DNA from: Escherichia coli
GTDB taxonomy: Bacteria; Pseudomonadota; Gammaproteobacteria; Enterobacterales; Enterobacteriaceae
DNA: 64,000 bases
Direction: 5' to 3' (one strand)
Assembly: GCF_050320075.1 (NCBI RefSeq)
Contig: NZ_CP190018.1
Below, piece after piece: positions 51,679-61,432 of this stretch (position 1 is its first letter; the number at the start of each line of letters is the position of its first letter). Both the position numbers and the translations under genes were made by a program. A model generated the notes under the pieces. The model was given only the letters and a program-made list of their open reading frames with translations. It ran no database searches and had not been told where the DNA came from.

Positions 51679-52143
51679 TTATCTGAGGCATTGCTCTCGA
51701 ATGTATAGCTGTGCCCCTTCAAGTTGTTTTTGCATTATTATCAGTCGCGCTCTGAGGGTGAAATAATCCCGTTCAGCGGTGTCTGCCAATCGGGGGGAGG
51801 CTGCATTATCCACGCCGGAGGCGGTGGTGGCTTCACGCACTGACTGACAGACTGCTTTGATGTGCAACCGACGACGACCAGCGGCAACATCATCACGCAG
51901 AGCATCATTTTCAGCTTTCGCATCAGCTAACTCCTTCGTGTATTTTGCATCGAGCGCAGCAACATCACGCTGACGCATCTGCATGTCAGTAATTGCCGCG
52001 TTCGCCAGCTTCAGTTCTCTGGCATTTTTGTCGCGCTGGGCTTTGTAGGTAATGGCGTTATCACGGTAATGATTAACAGCCCATGACAGGCAGACGATGA
52101 TGCAGATAACCAGAGCGGAGATAATCGCGGTTACTCTGTTCAT
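51679..52143 (-). CDS. Rz: spanin inner-membrane subunit Rz (i-spanin)
   Basis: [60 protein letters not shown] matches lambda Rz; ATGA overlap with R stop. Confidence 0.93.
   Translation of the reverse strand: MNRVTAIISALVICIIVCLSWAVNHYRDNAITYKAQRDKNARELKLANAAITDMQMRQRDVAALDAKYTKELADAKAENDALRDDVAAGRRRLHIKAVCQSVREATTASGVDNAASPRLADTAERDYFTLRARLIIMQKQLEGAQLYIREQCLR
51741..51923 (-). CDS. Rz1: spanin outer-membrane lipoprotein Rz1 (o-spanin), embedded in Rz in another frame
   Basis: 60 aa, [60 protein letters not shown]: lipobox LVVVGC and proline-rich stretch as in lambda Rz1. Confidence 0.9.
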   Translation of the reverse strand: MRKLKMMLCVMMLPLVVVGCTSKQSVSQCVKPPPPPAWIMQPPPDWQTPLNGIISPSERD

Positions 52144-52637
52144 TGCTGACCCCACAAACAGATTTCACGCTCAATCTCACGACGAGTCATGAGACCTTTC
52201 CATTGCTTACCGCCAGCATATGTCCAGCGACGTAACTGATCACATGCGCCTTTGATATCGCCCTGGTTTATTTTGCGAAGAAGCGTCGATGTTCTGAAAT
52301 TGCCAGCACCCACGTTGTAAACGAATGAGTAAAGAGCGCCGCGCGTTGTTTCCGGTATATCGACTTTGATGTACGGGTTAATTTGTCTGGCGACAGTGGC
52401 AAGGTCTTTATTCAAGAGTGCTTTGCATTCTGCTTTGGTATACGTTTTACCGAGCATGATGTCTTTTCCTGTATGCCCGTGACATACAGTCCATACACCA
52501 ACAATATCTTTGTATGGTATGTAGCTGACACCCTCCAGACCATCGTTACCACCTGGACCAGTGATTAACACTGATGCTATAGCAATTGCTCCGCCACCAA
52601 TAGCAGCAGCAACGGCTTTTCGTAATGATGGAGGCAT
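52140..52637 (-). CDS. R: SAR endolysin (lysozyme R, phage-21/DLP12 RrrD type)
   Basis: 165 aa; N-terminal signal-anchor-release segment [28 protein letters not shown]4-lysozyme-like catalytic region. Confidence 0.93.
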   Translation of the reverse strand: MPPSLRKAVAAAIGGGAIAIASVLITGPGGNDGLEGVSYIPYKDIVGVWTVCHGHTGKDIMLGKTYTKAECKALLNKDLATVARQINPYIKVDIPETTRGALYSFVYNVGAGNFRTSTLLRKINQGDIKGACDQLRRWTYAGGKQWKGLMTRREIEREICLWGQQ

Positions 52638-52852
52638 TATTCACCTCTCGCAGCCTTGCGCTTATCTTCTTTAATCTTGAAATAAAGGTTTGTCAGGTAC
52701 GTCAGCAGGCCAAATACCAAGCTACCCAGCACACCTATTGCTGCCCACTGTGAGGGCGTGACTTTATCGAGCAGCTGTAAAAACCAGTAGCCAGCACTGC
52801 CTGCGGAGGTGCCGTAGGCAATGCCCGTTGTTAACTTATCCATGGATTTCAT
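52637..52852 (-). CDS. S: pinholin S (phage-21/DLP12 EssD type) with dual-start motif
   Basis: 71 aa, [71 protein letters not shown]; Met1 and Met4 give antiholin/holin starts. Confidence 0.92.
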   Translation of the reverse strand: MKSMDKLTTGIAYGTSAGSAGYWFLQLLDKVTPSQWAAIGVLGSLVFGLLTYLTNLYFKIKEDKRKAARGE

Positions 52853-53045
52853 AGCCTCACCTCCGCAAATAACGGATGGTGTACACGGTTCGGAACGAAG
52901 AGGAAAGGTATAGAAGTTACATTAGCGTAAGGCTTGAACATCTATTCAAAAAGAAAAACGCCAGCGATTATTCTGGCGTAGCTGAAAGCATCATACAATT
53001 ATCAAATACGAAAATTACAAAATCATTAAAACGCATCACGTTACA

Positions 53046-53627
53046 TCATGTCTTTTCTAAAAAAAATCTTGATGAATATTGATGGGGAGGAACACCAAAA
53101 TATCTTCTGAAAACACTTACAAAATATGACGTGTTTTCATAACCGCATATCTCAGCAACTTTTCCAACAGAATATAAATTGTAGCTTAATAACCTTTCCG
53201 CCATCACCATTCGCTCTTCAAGAATTAACTTACTAAATGATAAGCCTTCGTGCTTTAATTTTCTTTTTAACAGACTTTCACTCAGATACAGTCTTGAAGA
53301 TATATCACAAAGTCTCCATGCTGCAGATATATCCGTGTGAATAATAGCCTTAACTTTACTTCCTAAACTATTAAGACATCCAAATAAAAAACTTTGCACT
53401 ATTTTCTCTGAAGATAAGATAGCAAGACATGCAAGTGATATTTGATTTCTAACAAAATCCACAGTTCTGCCATCACAATTCAAGCATGCAATCAAGTTCT
53501 TTAACAATGAAAAATCTTCACATTCCACCATCAAGTATGCCGGATAAAACCTTCTTACAGAAAAAGGTGAGAGTGTGTTGCTTTTAAAGAAATCATTAAC
53601 TGTTTTCTCTTCAACATCTACGATCAT
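53046..53627 (-). CDS. short AraC/XylS-family transcriptional regulator (cargo between Q and S)
   Basis: 193 aa; C-terminal AraC-type HTH (VGKVAEICGYENTSYFVSVFRRYFGVPPHQY); very AT-rich gene and 500-bp AT-rich upstream region. Confidence 0.75.
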   Translation of the reverse strand: MIVDVEEKTVNDFFKSNTLSPFSVRRFYPAYLMVECEDFSLLKNLIACLNCDGRTVDFVRNQISLACLAILSSEKIVQSFLFGCLNSLGSKVKAIIHTDISAAWRLCDISSRLYLSESLLKRKLKHEGLSFSKLILEERMVMAERLLSYNLYSVGKVAEICGYENTSYFVSVFRRYFGVPPHQYSSRFFLEKT

Positions 53628-54121
53628 TGCATGATCTATATTTGATGAAAAAAATCTTTTAAATTTTAATCAATGAGAACAGCACTTCCTTTTTTAAATA
53701 AAATATCTTCTTTACCAATTCGGACATCAAACGAGTTCAACACCAAAATGATAGAACATATGTATGGCATATTATCCACCTGATATCATTGGGGTTACAC
53801 CAAGTAAGTATAGGTGGAAAATCAATATTCGCCAGTTCAACAATAAGGAAAATCTCATTGCATCACAAGTATAAAATTATGTATTTAACTCACAAAGACA
53901 AATTATTAAACCAATCTGTTATATTATATATAGCTGCGTGGAATCATAATATTATATATTTTGACTGGCATGTTTACCAACTTTAAGTTGCATCTCAATG
54001 GTTTCTTCAGCGTAAACAGAGTTTTTATACAAACTGACACTCTGGGTATCATAGTGTAGTTTTTACGATTGTAAATATCCTGCATGCAGGAACTCATCCT
54101 TTTGGATGATATCGCATACAA

Positions 54122-55081
54122 TTAATTTACCATCAGTCTTAGAGCCAGTTCGTCCGGATAGGGATCGAAGTAATTCTGTGTAAGCAAGTAATCATTAGGA
54201 TACTCACCCAGATAATGCTTCAGCAGAGTCAACGGCGCAAGAAGAGGTAATGTGCCAGAACGATAGTTAAGTATAACCTCGCTCAACTCTTTACGCTGGC
54301 GTGTACTTAAGTAGTTACTAAAATACCCCTGTATATGCATCATCACATTCGTGTGATTTTTACGTGATGCAGGTTTTCTGAGAATCGCCATCAGCTTATC
54401 ACGATACACCTCAAAGTATGATTCAAGGTCCGCCCACTCGTGTATTGCAGCCACAAATGGTCCCATATCTTTATAGCCTGCCTGACTATGCGCCAACAAC
54501 TGAAGCTTATAACGACTATGAAAAGCTAATAACTCTCTTCTTGATAATTTCTCCTTGTAAAGGTGATTGAGCTCATGCAAAGCAAAAACTCTTTCAACAA
54601 AATTCTCACGAAGCACTGGATCATGTAATCGCCCATCCTCTTCAACCGGTAGCCAGGAAAACTTTTCCATCAAAGTGCTCGTAAATAGTCCCACTCCATC
54701 TTTACGACCTCGATTACCATTTTCATCATAGACACGCACGCGCTCCATGCCACAGCTGGGAGATTTAGCACAAACCACAAACCCCGATACATCCTTTAAT
54801 TTGTCCATATAAGAACGACTAAACTCTGTCATTCTCTCTGTCACATCCTCATTCTGGTCGTGGCTGAAACACATCCGTATATTTCCTTGCGTCGAGCGCA
54901 CAAGACGTAGAGCAGGACGCGGAACTGGCAGCCCTATAGCCATTTCCGGACATACTGGTCTGAATGTTACCCATTCCACTAATTTGTCCATTAAAAAGTC
55001 AGCTCTTTTGTGACCACCATCAAAACGAACAGCAGAACCGGCCAGACAACCGCTGATTCCAATCACAGGTTTTTTTATCAT
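54122..55081 (-). CDS. DUF523 (TudS-like) / DUF1722 (YbgA-like) fusion protein
   Basis: 319 aa; N-terminus IGISGCLAGSAVRFDGGHK plus conserved Cys (CPEM, CAKSPSCGMERVRVY) resembles DUF523; C-terminal half resembles DUF1722; assignment from memory of family signatures. Confidence 0.6.
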   Translation of the reverse strand: MIKKPVIGISGCLAGSAVRFDGGHKRADFLMDKLVEWVTFRPVCPEMAIGLPVPRPALRLVRSTQGNIRMCFSHDQNEDVTERMTEFSRSYMDKLKDVSGFVVCAKSPSCGMERVRVYDENGNRGRKDGVGLFTSTLMEKFSWLPVEEDGRLHDPVLRENFVERVFALHELNHLYKEKLSRRELLAFHSRYKLQLLAHSQAGYKDMGPFVAAIHEWADLESYFEVYRDKLMAILRKPASRKNHTNVMMHIQGYFSNYLSTRQRKELSEVILNYRSGTLPLLAPLTLLKHYLGEYPNDYLLTQNYFDPYPDELALRLMVN

Positions 55082-55273
55082 ATCCTCCCCCTTGACTAAT
55101 TCATTAACACATAAACTGTGTAGTGCACGGAATAAATTGCCTTTCTGGCGTCATCACTGACAATTTTTCTGTTATGGACTATTCCTAATATAGTATGAAA
55201 GTTCTTTAAGTGATCGGTCGTAATCATCTATCTTTCATACTTACTCTCAACTATCAAAAGTACAGGATTTATT

Positions 55274-55798
55274 ATGAAGTTATGGCCTGTGTTGACTGGC
55301 ATTGCACTCTCTTTCACTCTTATAGCATGTAAGGCCCCGACACCACCTAAAGGTGTGCAGCCGATTACAAATTTTGACGCCAACCGCTACCTCGGAAAGT
55401 GGTATGAAATAGCTCGCCTCGAGAACCGGTTCGAACGTGGTCTGGAACAGGTCAGCGCTACTTATGGAAAACGGAACGACGGAGGGATTCGTGTACTTAA
55501 CCGTGGATACGATCCAACGAAAAATAAATGGAGCGAGAGCGAAGGTAAAGCATACTTTACTGGAGATACTAAAACTGCAGCGTTGAAGGTTTCGTTTTTT
55601 GGCCCCTTCTATGGTGGCTATAATGTAATCAAACTGGATGATGAGTATAAGTATGCTCTTGTCAGTGGTCCGAACAGAGAATACCTATGGATTCTGGCAA
55701 GGACCCCAACTATTCCAGATAAAGTAAAAGCAGACTATGTGCGAACCGCTCAAAAGTTGGGATTCAATGTCAATGAATTATTATGGGTTAAACAATAA
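55274..55798 (+). CDS. outer-membrane lipocalin, Blc-like lipoprotein
   Basis: 174 aa; lipobox LIAC, then NFDANRYLGKWYEIARLENRFERGLEQVSATY...KAYFTGDTKTAALKVSFFGPFYGGYNVI very similar to E. coli Blc; on the strand opposite to late genes. Confidence 0.85.
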   Translation: MKLWPVLTGIALSFTLIACKAPTPPKGVQPITNFDANRYLGKWYEIARLENRFERGLEQVSATYGKRNDGGIRVLNRGYDPTKNKWSESEGKAYFTGDTKTAALKVSFFGPFYGGYNVIKLDDEYKYALVSGPNREYLWILARTPTIPDKVKADYVRTAQKLGFNVNELLWVKQ

Positions 55799-55835
55799 AA
55801 TCCCTACCCGAAATAATACTTATTAGAATAAATAT

Positions 55836-55860
55836 CCTCCGGCATAGCCGGAGGTTTTTC
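55836..55860 (+). terminator. rho-independent terminator after the blc-like gene
   Basis: cctccggcatagccggagg followed by tttttc. Confidence 0.7.
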
Positions 55861-55869
55861 AAATGCGCC

Positions 55870-56570
55870 TATAAGGCTCTCTTACCAGCCGCGCCCTAAC
55901 AGGCGCACACGATCTGACATTTGCATCCAACTTCGTTACTTACGGCCCGTAAACGGGCTGCCCGGATAGGGAATCGATAACTGCTCTCCCATTTTATCCT
56001 CTTCAAGCTGGTGCTTTATGTAGTCCTGTATCTTCGCCGTGTTCTTACCCACCGTATCGACATAGTACCCTCGGCACCAGAACTCCCTGTTTCTGTATTT
56101 GAATTTCAAATCCCCAAACTGCTCGTAAAGCATCAGACTGCTTTTCCCTTTCAGATATCCCATAAAGCCGGATACGCTCATTTTGGGTGGGATTTCCACA
56201 AGCATATGGATATGATCTGCGCAGCACTCTGCTTCCAGAATCCGTACGCTTTTCCACTCACACAGCTTTCTCAAAATACTGCCTATCGCCCTACGCTTCT
56301 CTCCGTAAAACGCCAGTCTTCGGTATTTCGGCGCAAAAACTATGTGATATTTACAGTTCCAGCGGGTGTGCACTAAGCTCTTTTCGTCCCCCATTGGGAC
56401 CCCCTTTTGATTTCTTGTTTGACACTTGCAGTTGCCAGACCGCAAGGTGTTTTAACAAATCAAAAGGGGTTTTAATAACTGGCTCAAAGCTGAAAGCTTT
56501 CCGGAACCCCCAGCCTAGCTGGGGGTTTTCTGTGCACAAAAAAACCAGCCTTTGGGGAGGCTGGCTAAAT
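55870..56570 (-). mobile_element. IS200/IS605-family (IS200-like) insertion sequence; boundaries approximate
   Basis: HuH Y1 transposase gene flanked by subterminal hairpins (gcccgtaaacgggc at 55937-55950; cccccagcctagctggggg at 56508-56527; ccagcctttggggaggctgg at 56546-56565). Confidence 0.75.
55936..56394 (-). CDS. tnpA: IS200-family transposase TnpA (Y1 HuH)
   Basis: 152-aa product from MGDEKSLVHTRWNCKYHIVFAPKYRR with HxH motif (DHIHMLVEIPP) and catalytic Tyr region (RGYYVDTVG). Confidence 0.9.
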   Translation of the reverse strand: MGDEKSLVHTRWNCKYHIVFAPKYRRLAFYGEKRRAIGSILRKLCEWKSVRILEAECCADHIHMLVEIPPKMSVSGFMGYLKGKSSLMLYEQFGDLKFKYRNREFWCRGYYVDTVGKNTAKIQDYIKHQLEEDKMGEQLSIPYPGSPFTGRK

Positions 56571-56664
56571 CAGGAAACAAGCTGTTATATGATAATAACT
56601 ACGTTGCGATTCCAACATTTAAAATGTTAGACTAATGAGAATCAGACAGCAACTTTTCCTTTAA

Positions 56665-57057
56665 TTATTTCGAACAATCAGCATCCATCTCCAATCGGAG
56701 ATCCAACACCATCAGCATACCCTCCACTACGCCCTCAGCTTTCTGGAGCATCCTGCCAACCCAACAATCAGATCGCCCATGCTTACGTGCAAGCGCCATA
56801 AAAGTCATGCCGCCGACATAATAGTCCACCAATAAATCATGCAAATCGCTGTTGTTCTTTTTCAGACGGGCCATGCACCCGCAAATGATCATCGCGTCAT
56901 CGTCACAACATTGTGGGCGAGATTTTACTTTTGAAGGAATTAATCCCTTAAAACCGGCGGCAATGGACGACCAGGTCACATCTTCATGATTATTAGCCGC
57001 CCACGCTCCCCAACGCTCAAGAACCATCTGAATATCACGCATCAACTTACTCCACAA
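56665..57057 (-). CDS. Q: late gene antiterminator Q (QuuD-like)
   Basis: About 125-130 aa, [62 protein letters not shown] matches DLP12 QuuD; true start probably the internal Met at 57042. Confidence 0.88.
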   Translation of the reverse strand: MWSKLMRDIQMVLERWGAWAANNHEDVTWSSIAAGFKGLIPSKVKSRPQCCDDDAMIICGCMARLKKNNSDLHDLLVDYYVGGMTFMALARKHGRSDCWVGRMLQKAEGVVEGMLMVLDLRLEMDADCSK

Positions 57058-57127
57058 AACTCAGACCAGAACGCCAATTACAAGCAAAAATCAACAAAAC
57101 AGTATTAGTTGATTGTTATCTCTGACT

Positions 57128-57268
57128 TCATACTCCTGCTCCTGTCAGGGTTTTGGCGTAATTCTTCAGTATTCGGTAATCGGTCAAAACAGAACCAGGG
57201 AAACGATATAAGCGCAGGCGCATCCAGCGGTGGCGAAGAAGTTCTGCCATATAAAACTCAAACATCAT
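57128..57268 (-). CDS. ylcG: small protein YlcG (below the ORF-track size cut-off)
   Basis: Manual translation: [46 protein letters not shown] (46 aa); ATGA overlap with rusA stop. Confidence 0.8.
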   Translation of the reverse strand: MMFEFYMAELLRHRWMRLRLYRFPGSVLTDYRILKNYAKTLTGAGV

Positions 57269-57627
57269 TCATCTCCCTGTTCAGTGATGGTCAGTTCCAG
57301 CTTTCCACCTTTGACAACCGGCATCTTCACAACGCGGTAATCAACGACCTGAGCATCATCCAACCAGAAACCTGCTTTGGTGAGTGCGTCAAAAGCGGCC
57401 TTTTGTAGATTATCCAGGTCACGGCGACGGCGATCCGGCATGTGACACTCAATGCGGATTTTCACAGGCATAGCCAGGCCGATATCCAGCATTGCGTTTT
57501 TAATGATTCGGGCGACGTTTTCGCGGTATGCCTGCCCCTCTGCGCTGATGTGCGTGCGCCCGCGATTATGGCGGTAATAGCGATTATTGCTCGGCGGCCA
57601 GGGTAATGTGATATTGTAGGTATTCAC
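57265..57627 (-). CDS. rusA: Holliday-junction resolvase RusA
   Basis: 120 aa, [73 protein letters not shown]. Confidence 0.95.
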   Translation of the reverse strand: MNTYNITLPWPPSNNRYYRHNRGRTHISAEGQAYRENVARIIKNAMLDIGLAMPVKIRIECHMPDRRRRDLDNLQKAAFDALTKAGFWLDDAQVVDYRVVKMPVVKGGKLELTITEQGDE

Positions 57628-57914
57628 GCCTTAATTACCCCCTCTTTCAGCCAGATAACCTGCGTTCTCGCCATACCTTCCAGCGCGCATTCTTTTGCAT
57701 ATCCAGCGTCAACAAAATGCGTGCGACGGTCGATCTCGTCGTGACAGGCAGAACATGCAATGGTGGCAATCAGGTCTGGCGGTTTGATACCGGTACCGCA
57801 CAATCCAGCCAGCCGGATATGTGCCAGTACAGACGTTTCAGGATTGCCATTACATACGCCAGGGATTCTTACCTGGCATTCCCGACCACGCGCTGCTTTT
57901 CTCAAATCAGCCAT
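57624..57914 (-). CDS. ybcO: YbcO-like protein (DUF1364, putative nuclease)
   Basis: ORF 57624..57953; 96-aa product from [40 protein letters not shown], preceded by aggagg. Confidence 0.88.
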   Translation of the reverse strand: MADLRKAARGRECQVRIPGVCNGNPETSVLAHIRLAGLCGTGIKPPDLIATIACSACHDEIDRRTHFVDAGYAKECALEGMARTQVIWLKEGVIKA

Positions 57915-58077
57915 GATTCCTCCTTGCTGCCAGTCGCAACCATTTTTTATCAACCAGGCTGGCGGTATATCCGAGCAGTGTTGGTATTTCGGATGGTTTC
58001 AGCTCAGGCCTACGCTTACGACGATTTGGTACTTTGTAGATGTGTCCGTTCATGACACGAATAAGCGGTGTAGCCAT
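57907..58077 (-). CDS. ninE: NinE-like small basic protein (below the ORF-track size cut-off)
   Basis: Manual translation: [56 protein letters not shown] (56 aa); TAATG overlap with ninB stop and ATGGCTGA overlap with ybcO start. Confidence 0.8.
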   Translation of the reverse strand: MATPLIRVMNGHIYKVPNRRKRRPELKPSEIPTLLGYTASLVDKKWLRLAARRNHG

Positions 58078-58532
58078 TACGCCTCCTGCTTATCACGCAG
58101 CAGCTGGAACTCGCAGCTCTGCGGAATAGTCAGGTGGCAGCCAATATTCATCGCCCAGGCTTCAACCTTACACAGGAAGACATACATCTCTCCGGTATCA
58201 AGGTCGGAGGTATGGCGTAACGACTGGATAGTGGTGATATCACCGGTTACGACATCAACCAGGTCTTTGGTTTCATAACCGAGATATGTGTGTTTGAGAG
58301 CATCTTTTACCCAAGCTGGAGTGGCGAACGTTTTACCCCTGCTGATGAGGTATTCACTGATTTCGCTGTACCACATGTGGCTGAGTGCATTCTGGGAAAG
58401 ACTGCGTCTCTCGCGCCACGGTTTAAGCACCATGCGAAAGCATTTGCCGTCCTCCAGATAAGGCTGGATCTGCCGACCGATAGCGGTGAAGTTACCGCGA
58501 TGTAATTTGATGCCATCTTGTGGGAGGTTCAC
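58077..58532 (-). CDS. ninB: NinB-family recombination protein (YbcN-like)
   Basis: 151 aa, [62 protein letters not shown]. Confidence 0.88.
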   Translation of the reverse strand: MNLPQDGIKLHRGNFTAIGRQIQPYLEDGKCFRMVLKPWRERRSLSQNALSHMWYSEISEYLISRGKTFATPAWVKDALKHTYLGYETKDLVDVVTGDITTIQSLRHTSDLDTGEMYVFLCKVEAWAMNIGCHLTIPQSCEFQLLRDKQEA

Positions 58533-58726
58533 GCTTCACCTCCGCAGAGGTCAAACGTTGGATGCAAAGAATCGCAGGTGCATTTCTGCATCTGTGAAGA
58601 GAGAAGAGAGTTTAGATTGTATGTGCGCATAAACGTCCCCGTTTAGCGCAGAAGTCACCGGAGTTGTTCAGGCTCCAATGGCATGATTATGGCTGGTTGA
58701 TTATTGGAAATCAAATGTGCTGAAAA

Positions 58727-59236
58727 TTAGTCTGCCAAGTCTTCCTCAGTCGCAACTGGGTAATTCCAAATATCAAAAAAAGCTATAGCCTCCTGCCATT
58801 TGCTCCATAAGTTATCAAGTACTTGTGTAGGTTCCGTACTTTTAAAAACAGAATCAGCCGCATCACCGTTATGAACTTCCTCGTACAGTTCCATTATTAG
58901 CAGATTAACAAAGTACTGTTTCAACATTAATGCCTGATTACCTTCTTTCTGCTGGCTATCCTGCTTGATGATCTCCATCGCCCGTACTAGGCACCTGATG
59001 ATATCCGCTGCATCATTAACGCTCCATTCAGATCCGCGCTTATCTTTAGCTGATGAATTGGCTCTCTCAGCGCAAGCCTTTAAAGACTCATAAAGGTAAA
59101 CTCTATTTTGTAGCTGCAGCGCTTTTTTTGACGTGTACCAACTTGCAAGCGCCGACCCCGCTGCGGCTAATGTGCCAAACGCAGAAATACCTGCTGCTAT
59201 TGCACTTAAGTCGGCACTGTCAAAGTTCCACATCAT
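58727..59236 (-). CDS. hypothetical membrane-anchored protein (cargo between ninB and ybcK)
   Basis: 169 aa; N-terminal hydrophobic segment LSAIAAGISAFGTLAAAGSALASWY then soluble helical domain; AT-rich; no family recognised. Confidence 0.55.
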   Translation of the reverse strand: MMWNFDSADLSAIAAGISAFGTLAAAGSALASWYTSKKALQLQNRVYLYESLKACAERANSSAKDKRGSEWSVNDAADIIRCLVRAMEIIKQDSQQKEGNQALMLKQYFVNLLIMELYEEVHNGDAADSVFKSTEPTQVLDNLWSKWQEAIAFFDIWNYPVATEEDLAD

Positions 59237-59905
59237 CGTTACACCTTATATAAATACCCCTCAGTAATATCCAATAAGGTATGTGCACAATCAATATAAT
59301 TTTATCCGTATCGGCACATAGCGATTTGAAGGCTACTGGTAATAGTATATTTTAGATTATATCGTCCAGTTTACAGCACCCGTATTTTATGAAATGGACT
59401 CGCATATTACCCAAAAAATGCCAGCACTTCCGTCATCGTAGAATGCTGGCAGTATTTCTAACTAGTGACTTTATTGGAACAGATTCTGACGGAAATATGG
59501 TAACACTCGACTCCACTTATCATCCAGCCACGGCTGGAATTTTACATGTGCCGTTTATCTGGCGAGGATTGCTCGCGCTCTGTTGAGTATCTGGGGATAT
59601 TCATGCTCGATAGAAGTAAAGCGGCCGGCTTCGCGGTGCTCCGCAACCTGAAGTAGTGGAGTAACGTTCTGGCAGGCAGTTAACATCACATCACCTGCTC
59701 GCCATAACCAAGCACGTGCACAAAGTTTGTTATCAGTGAATTGTTTTGTGATTGGGTATTGTTGAACTGCTAGAACGAGAACGCCAGCATCCATTGGCAG
59801 TCCCTATAGTAAAACCATAGCTCAGGACGCTTCGTTCAGGATAGATAATTTTATTGTACTTACCTAACTTTCTTACTATAGCACGGTTGAAAAAGTGATT
59901 ATTAC

Positions 59906-61432
59906 TCAAAAATAAACCTCACCATCAACCATATATTTGAGAGTACTTATCGCCTGCTGGGCGGATATTATTTTCATTAAAGGATAGTGTTTAAAAACAA
60001 TGCCATTCATAAAATAGATATCACAGGTTTTATTATCTGTATTGATTATGATTTTTTCGAATGTTTTATAGGCAAGTGTACGACATAGCTCTCGCCCATT
60101 TTTACTGGTTAAGTCAATAGCATGAAAATCACCAAGTGAACTCACCGCTTTACTCTTCAAAGTTTTTAATGATACAGAAGCCCTTCGTAATTCCTTATCT
60201 AATACTCTGATTTTTTCTGCTATAGCGGTAACTTCAGGCGCAACAGATAATGCAGCAATTAAATTATTAATTTTCATCTGGAGCTCAATAATTTTCAACT
60301 CTAAAGTTTCATTAGCATCTTTCTTGTTTTCAACTGGTTGGATTTTACTACAATTAAAAAGCAACTCATTAATGATATTATAATCAACCAAATCTCTCTT
60401 TATTGATGGCCTGTCACATCGATGCAGTCTTCTCATCGGACAAACATAATAGCCATGCAAACTTCCAGATACCGCATGAACAATCATGGTATTACCACAA
60501 GCCTCGCACTTCATAACTGTTCGAAGTAGATTTATCAACATAGGATTTTTGCTACTATTGCTAATACCAAAAGGTGCCAACCGAATTTCCTGCACAGCGT
60601 AAAACAAATCATCTGATATGACTCTGGGATAATAGCCAGCGATTTCACTTATTCCTTTACCTCTTGCACGATATGAAGGTACGCATATACCTATCAGAGC
60701 TTTATTCGCTAATAATTTTTCAATTACAGAAGGTCCCCATGCACTTTCTTTTCCTGAGAAATTCTTTACAGCATGATCATTTAAATACTTGGCTATTGCA
60801 TTCAATGAGCGCCTTTCCATCCTGAGTTTAAAAATTAGCTCAATAGTTTTCACCCTGTCGGGGTCTGGAACAAAAGCCGTTCTTTTGTCATCCAATGAGA
60901 GCCATCTCGGACAAGACGCCGTCATAATCGTGCCTGACTCCAGTGCATCCTGCCGTTTTTTCTTCCATGATAATTTAACCCGACTTGACTTTATCTCGCT
61001 TTCTTCATTTGCCCTTTGTGCTATAAGTATGGCTTTTATTAATGAATATGGCTCATTCAATGAGTCAATATTATAGACTGTATTATCGCAAAGAGTTATA
61101 ACATCAATACCGTGATTCAAAATCAATTTCAGACGCTCAATCGCTTCACCGACTTTTTCTCTTGAAAGTCTGTCCAGACTTTCAACTAACAATGTAGTCC
61201 CTGGCAATATATAACCATGTTCTATAGCATCTAAAAATTCCGAAAAAGCTCCTGATTGTGCATGCTTTCCATTGAATGCGCTTAACCCCAAATCTTCATA
61301 CGTTACGGTATCAAGGTAATAATCACTATTTACCTTTAGCCATTCAGTAATAAGCCTTCTCTGGCGGTTTAATGAATCACCAGACATCTGACCTGGTGAT
61401 GAAAATCGCATATATGCTATGGCTTTTTTCAT
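59906..61432 (-). CDS. ybcK: large serine recombinase (YbcK-like)
   Basis: 508 aa; N-terminal resolvase/invertase catalytic domain (MKKAIAYMRFSSPGQ...SLNRQ), central recombinase domain and Cys-rich zinc-ribbon region (CEACGN...CPMRRLHRC). Confidence 0.88.
   Translation of the reverse strand: MKKAIAYMRFSSPGQMSGDSLNRQRRLITEWLKVNSDYYLDTVTYEDLGLSAFNGKHAQSGAFSEFLDAIEHGYILPGTTLLVESLDRLSREKVGEAIERLKLILNHGIDVITLCDNTVYNIDSLNEPYSLIKAILIAQRANEESEIKSSRVKLSWKKKRQDALESGTIMTASCPRWLSLDDKRTAFVPDPDRVKTIELIFKLRMERRSLNAIAKYLNDHAVKNFSGKESAWGPSVIEKLLANKALIGICVPSYRARGKGISEIAGYYPRVISDDLFYAVQEIRLAPFGISNSSKNPMLINLLRTVMKCEACGNTMIVHAVSGSLHGYYVCPMRRLHRCDRPSIKRDLVDYNIINELLFNCSKIQPVENKKDANETLELKIIELQMKINNLIAALSVAPEVTAIAEKIRVLDKELRRASVSLKTLKSKAVSSLGDFHAIDLTSKNGRELCRTLAYKTFEKIIINTDNKTCDIYFMNGIVFKHYPLMKIISAQQAISTLKYMVDGEVYF

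Noticed and set aside
53789-54121. 65-aa ORFs on both strands in the AT-rich region upstream of the AraC-like gene
   Set aside because: Very low complexity AT-rich DNA produces random short frames; more plausibly the promoter region of the AraC-like gene.
59389-59794. Small ORFs (65 aa + strand, 79 aa - strand) between the 169-aa gene and ybcK
   Set aside because: No RBS, no recognisable motifs, partly overlapping each other; more likely intergenic regulatory DNA, though a small protein cannot be excluded.
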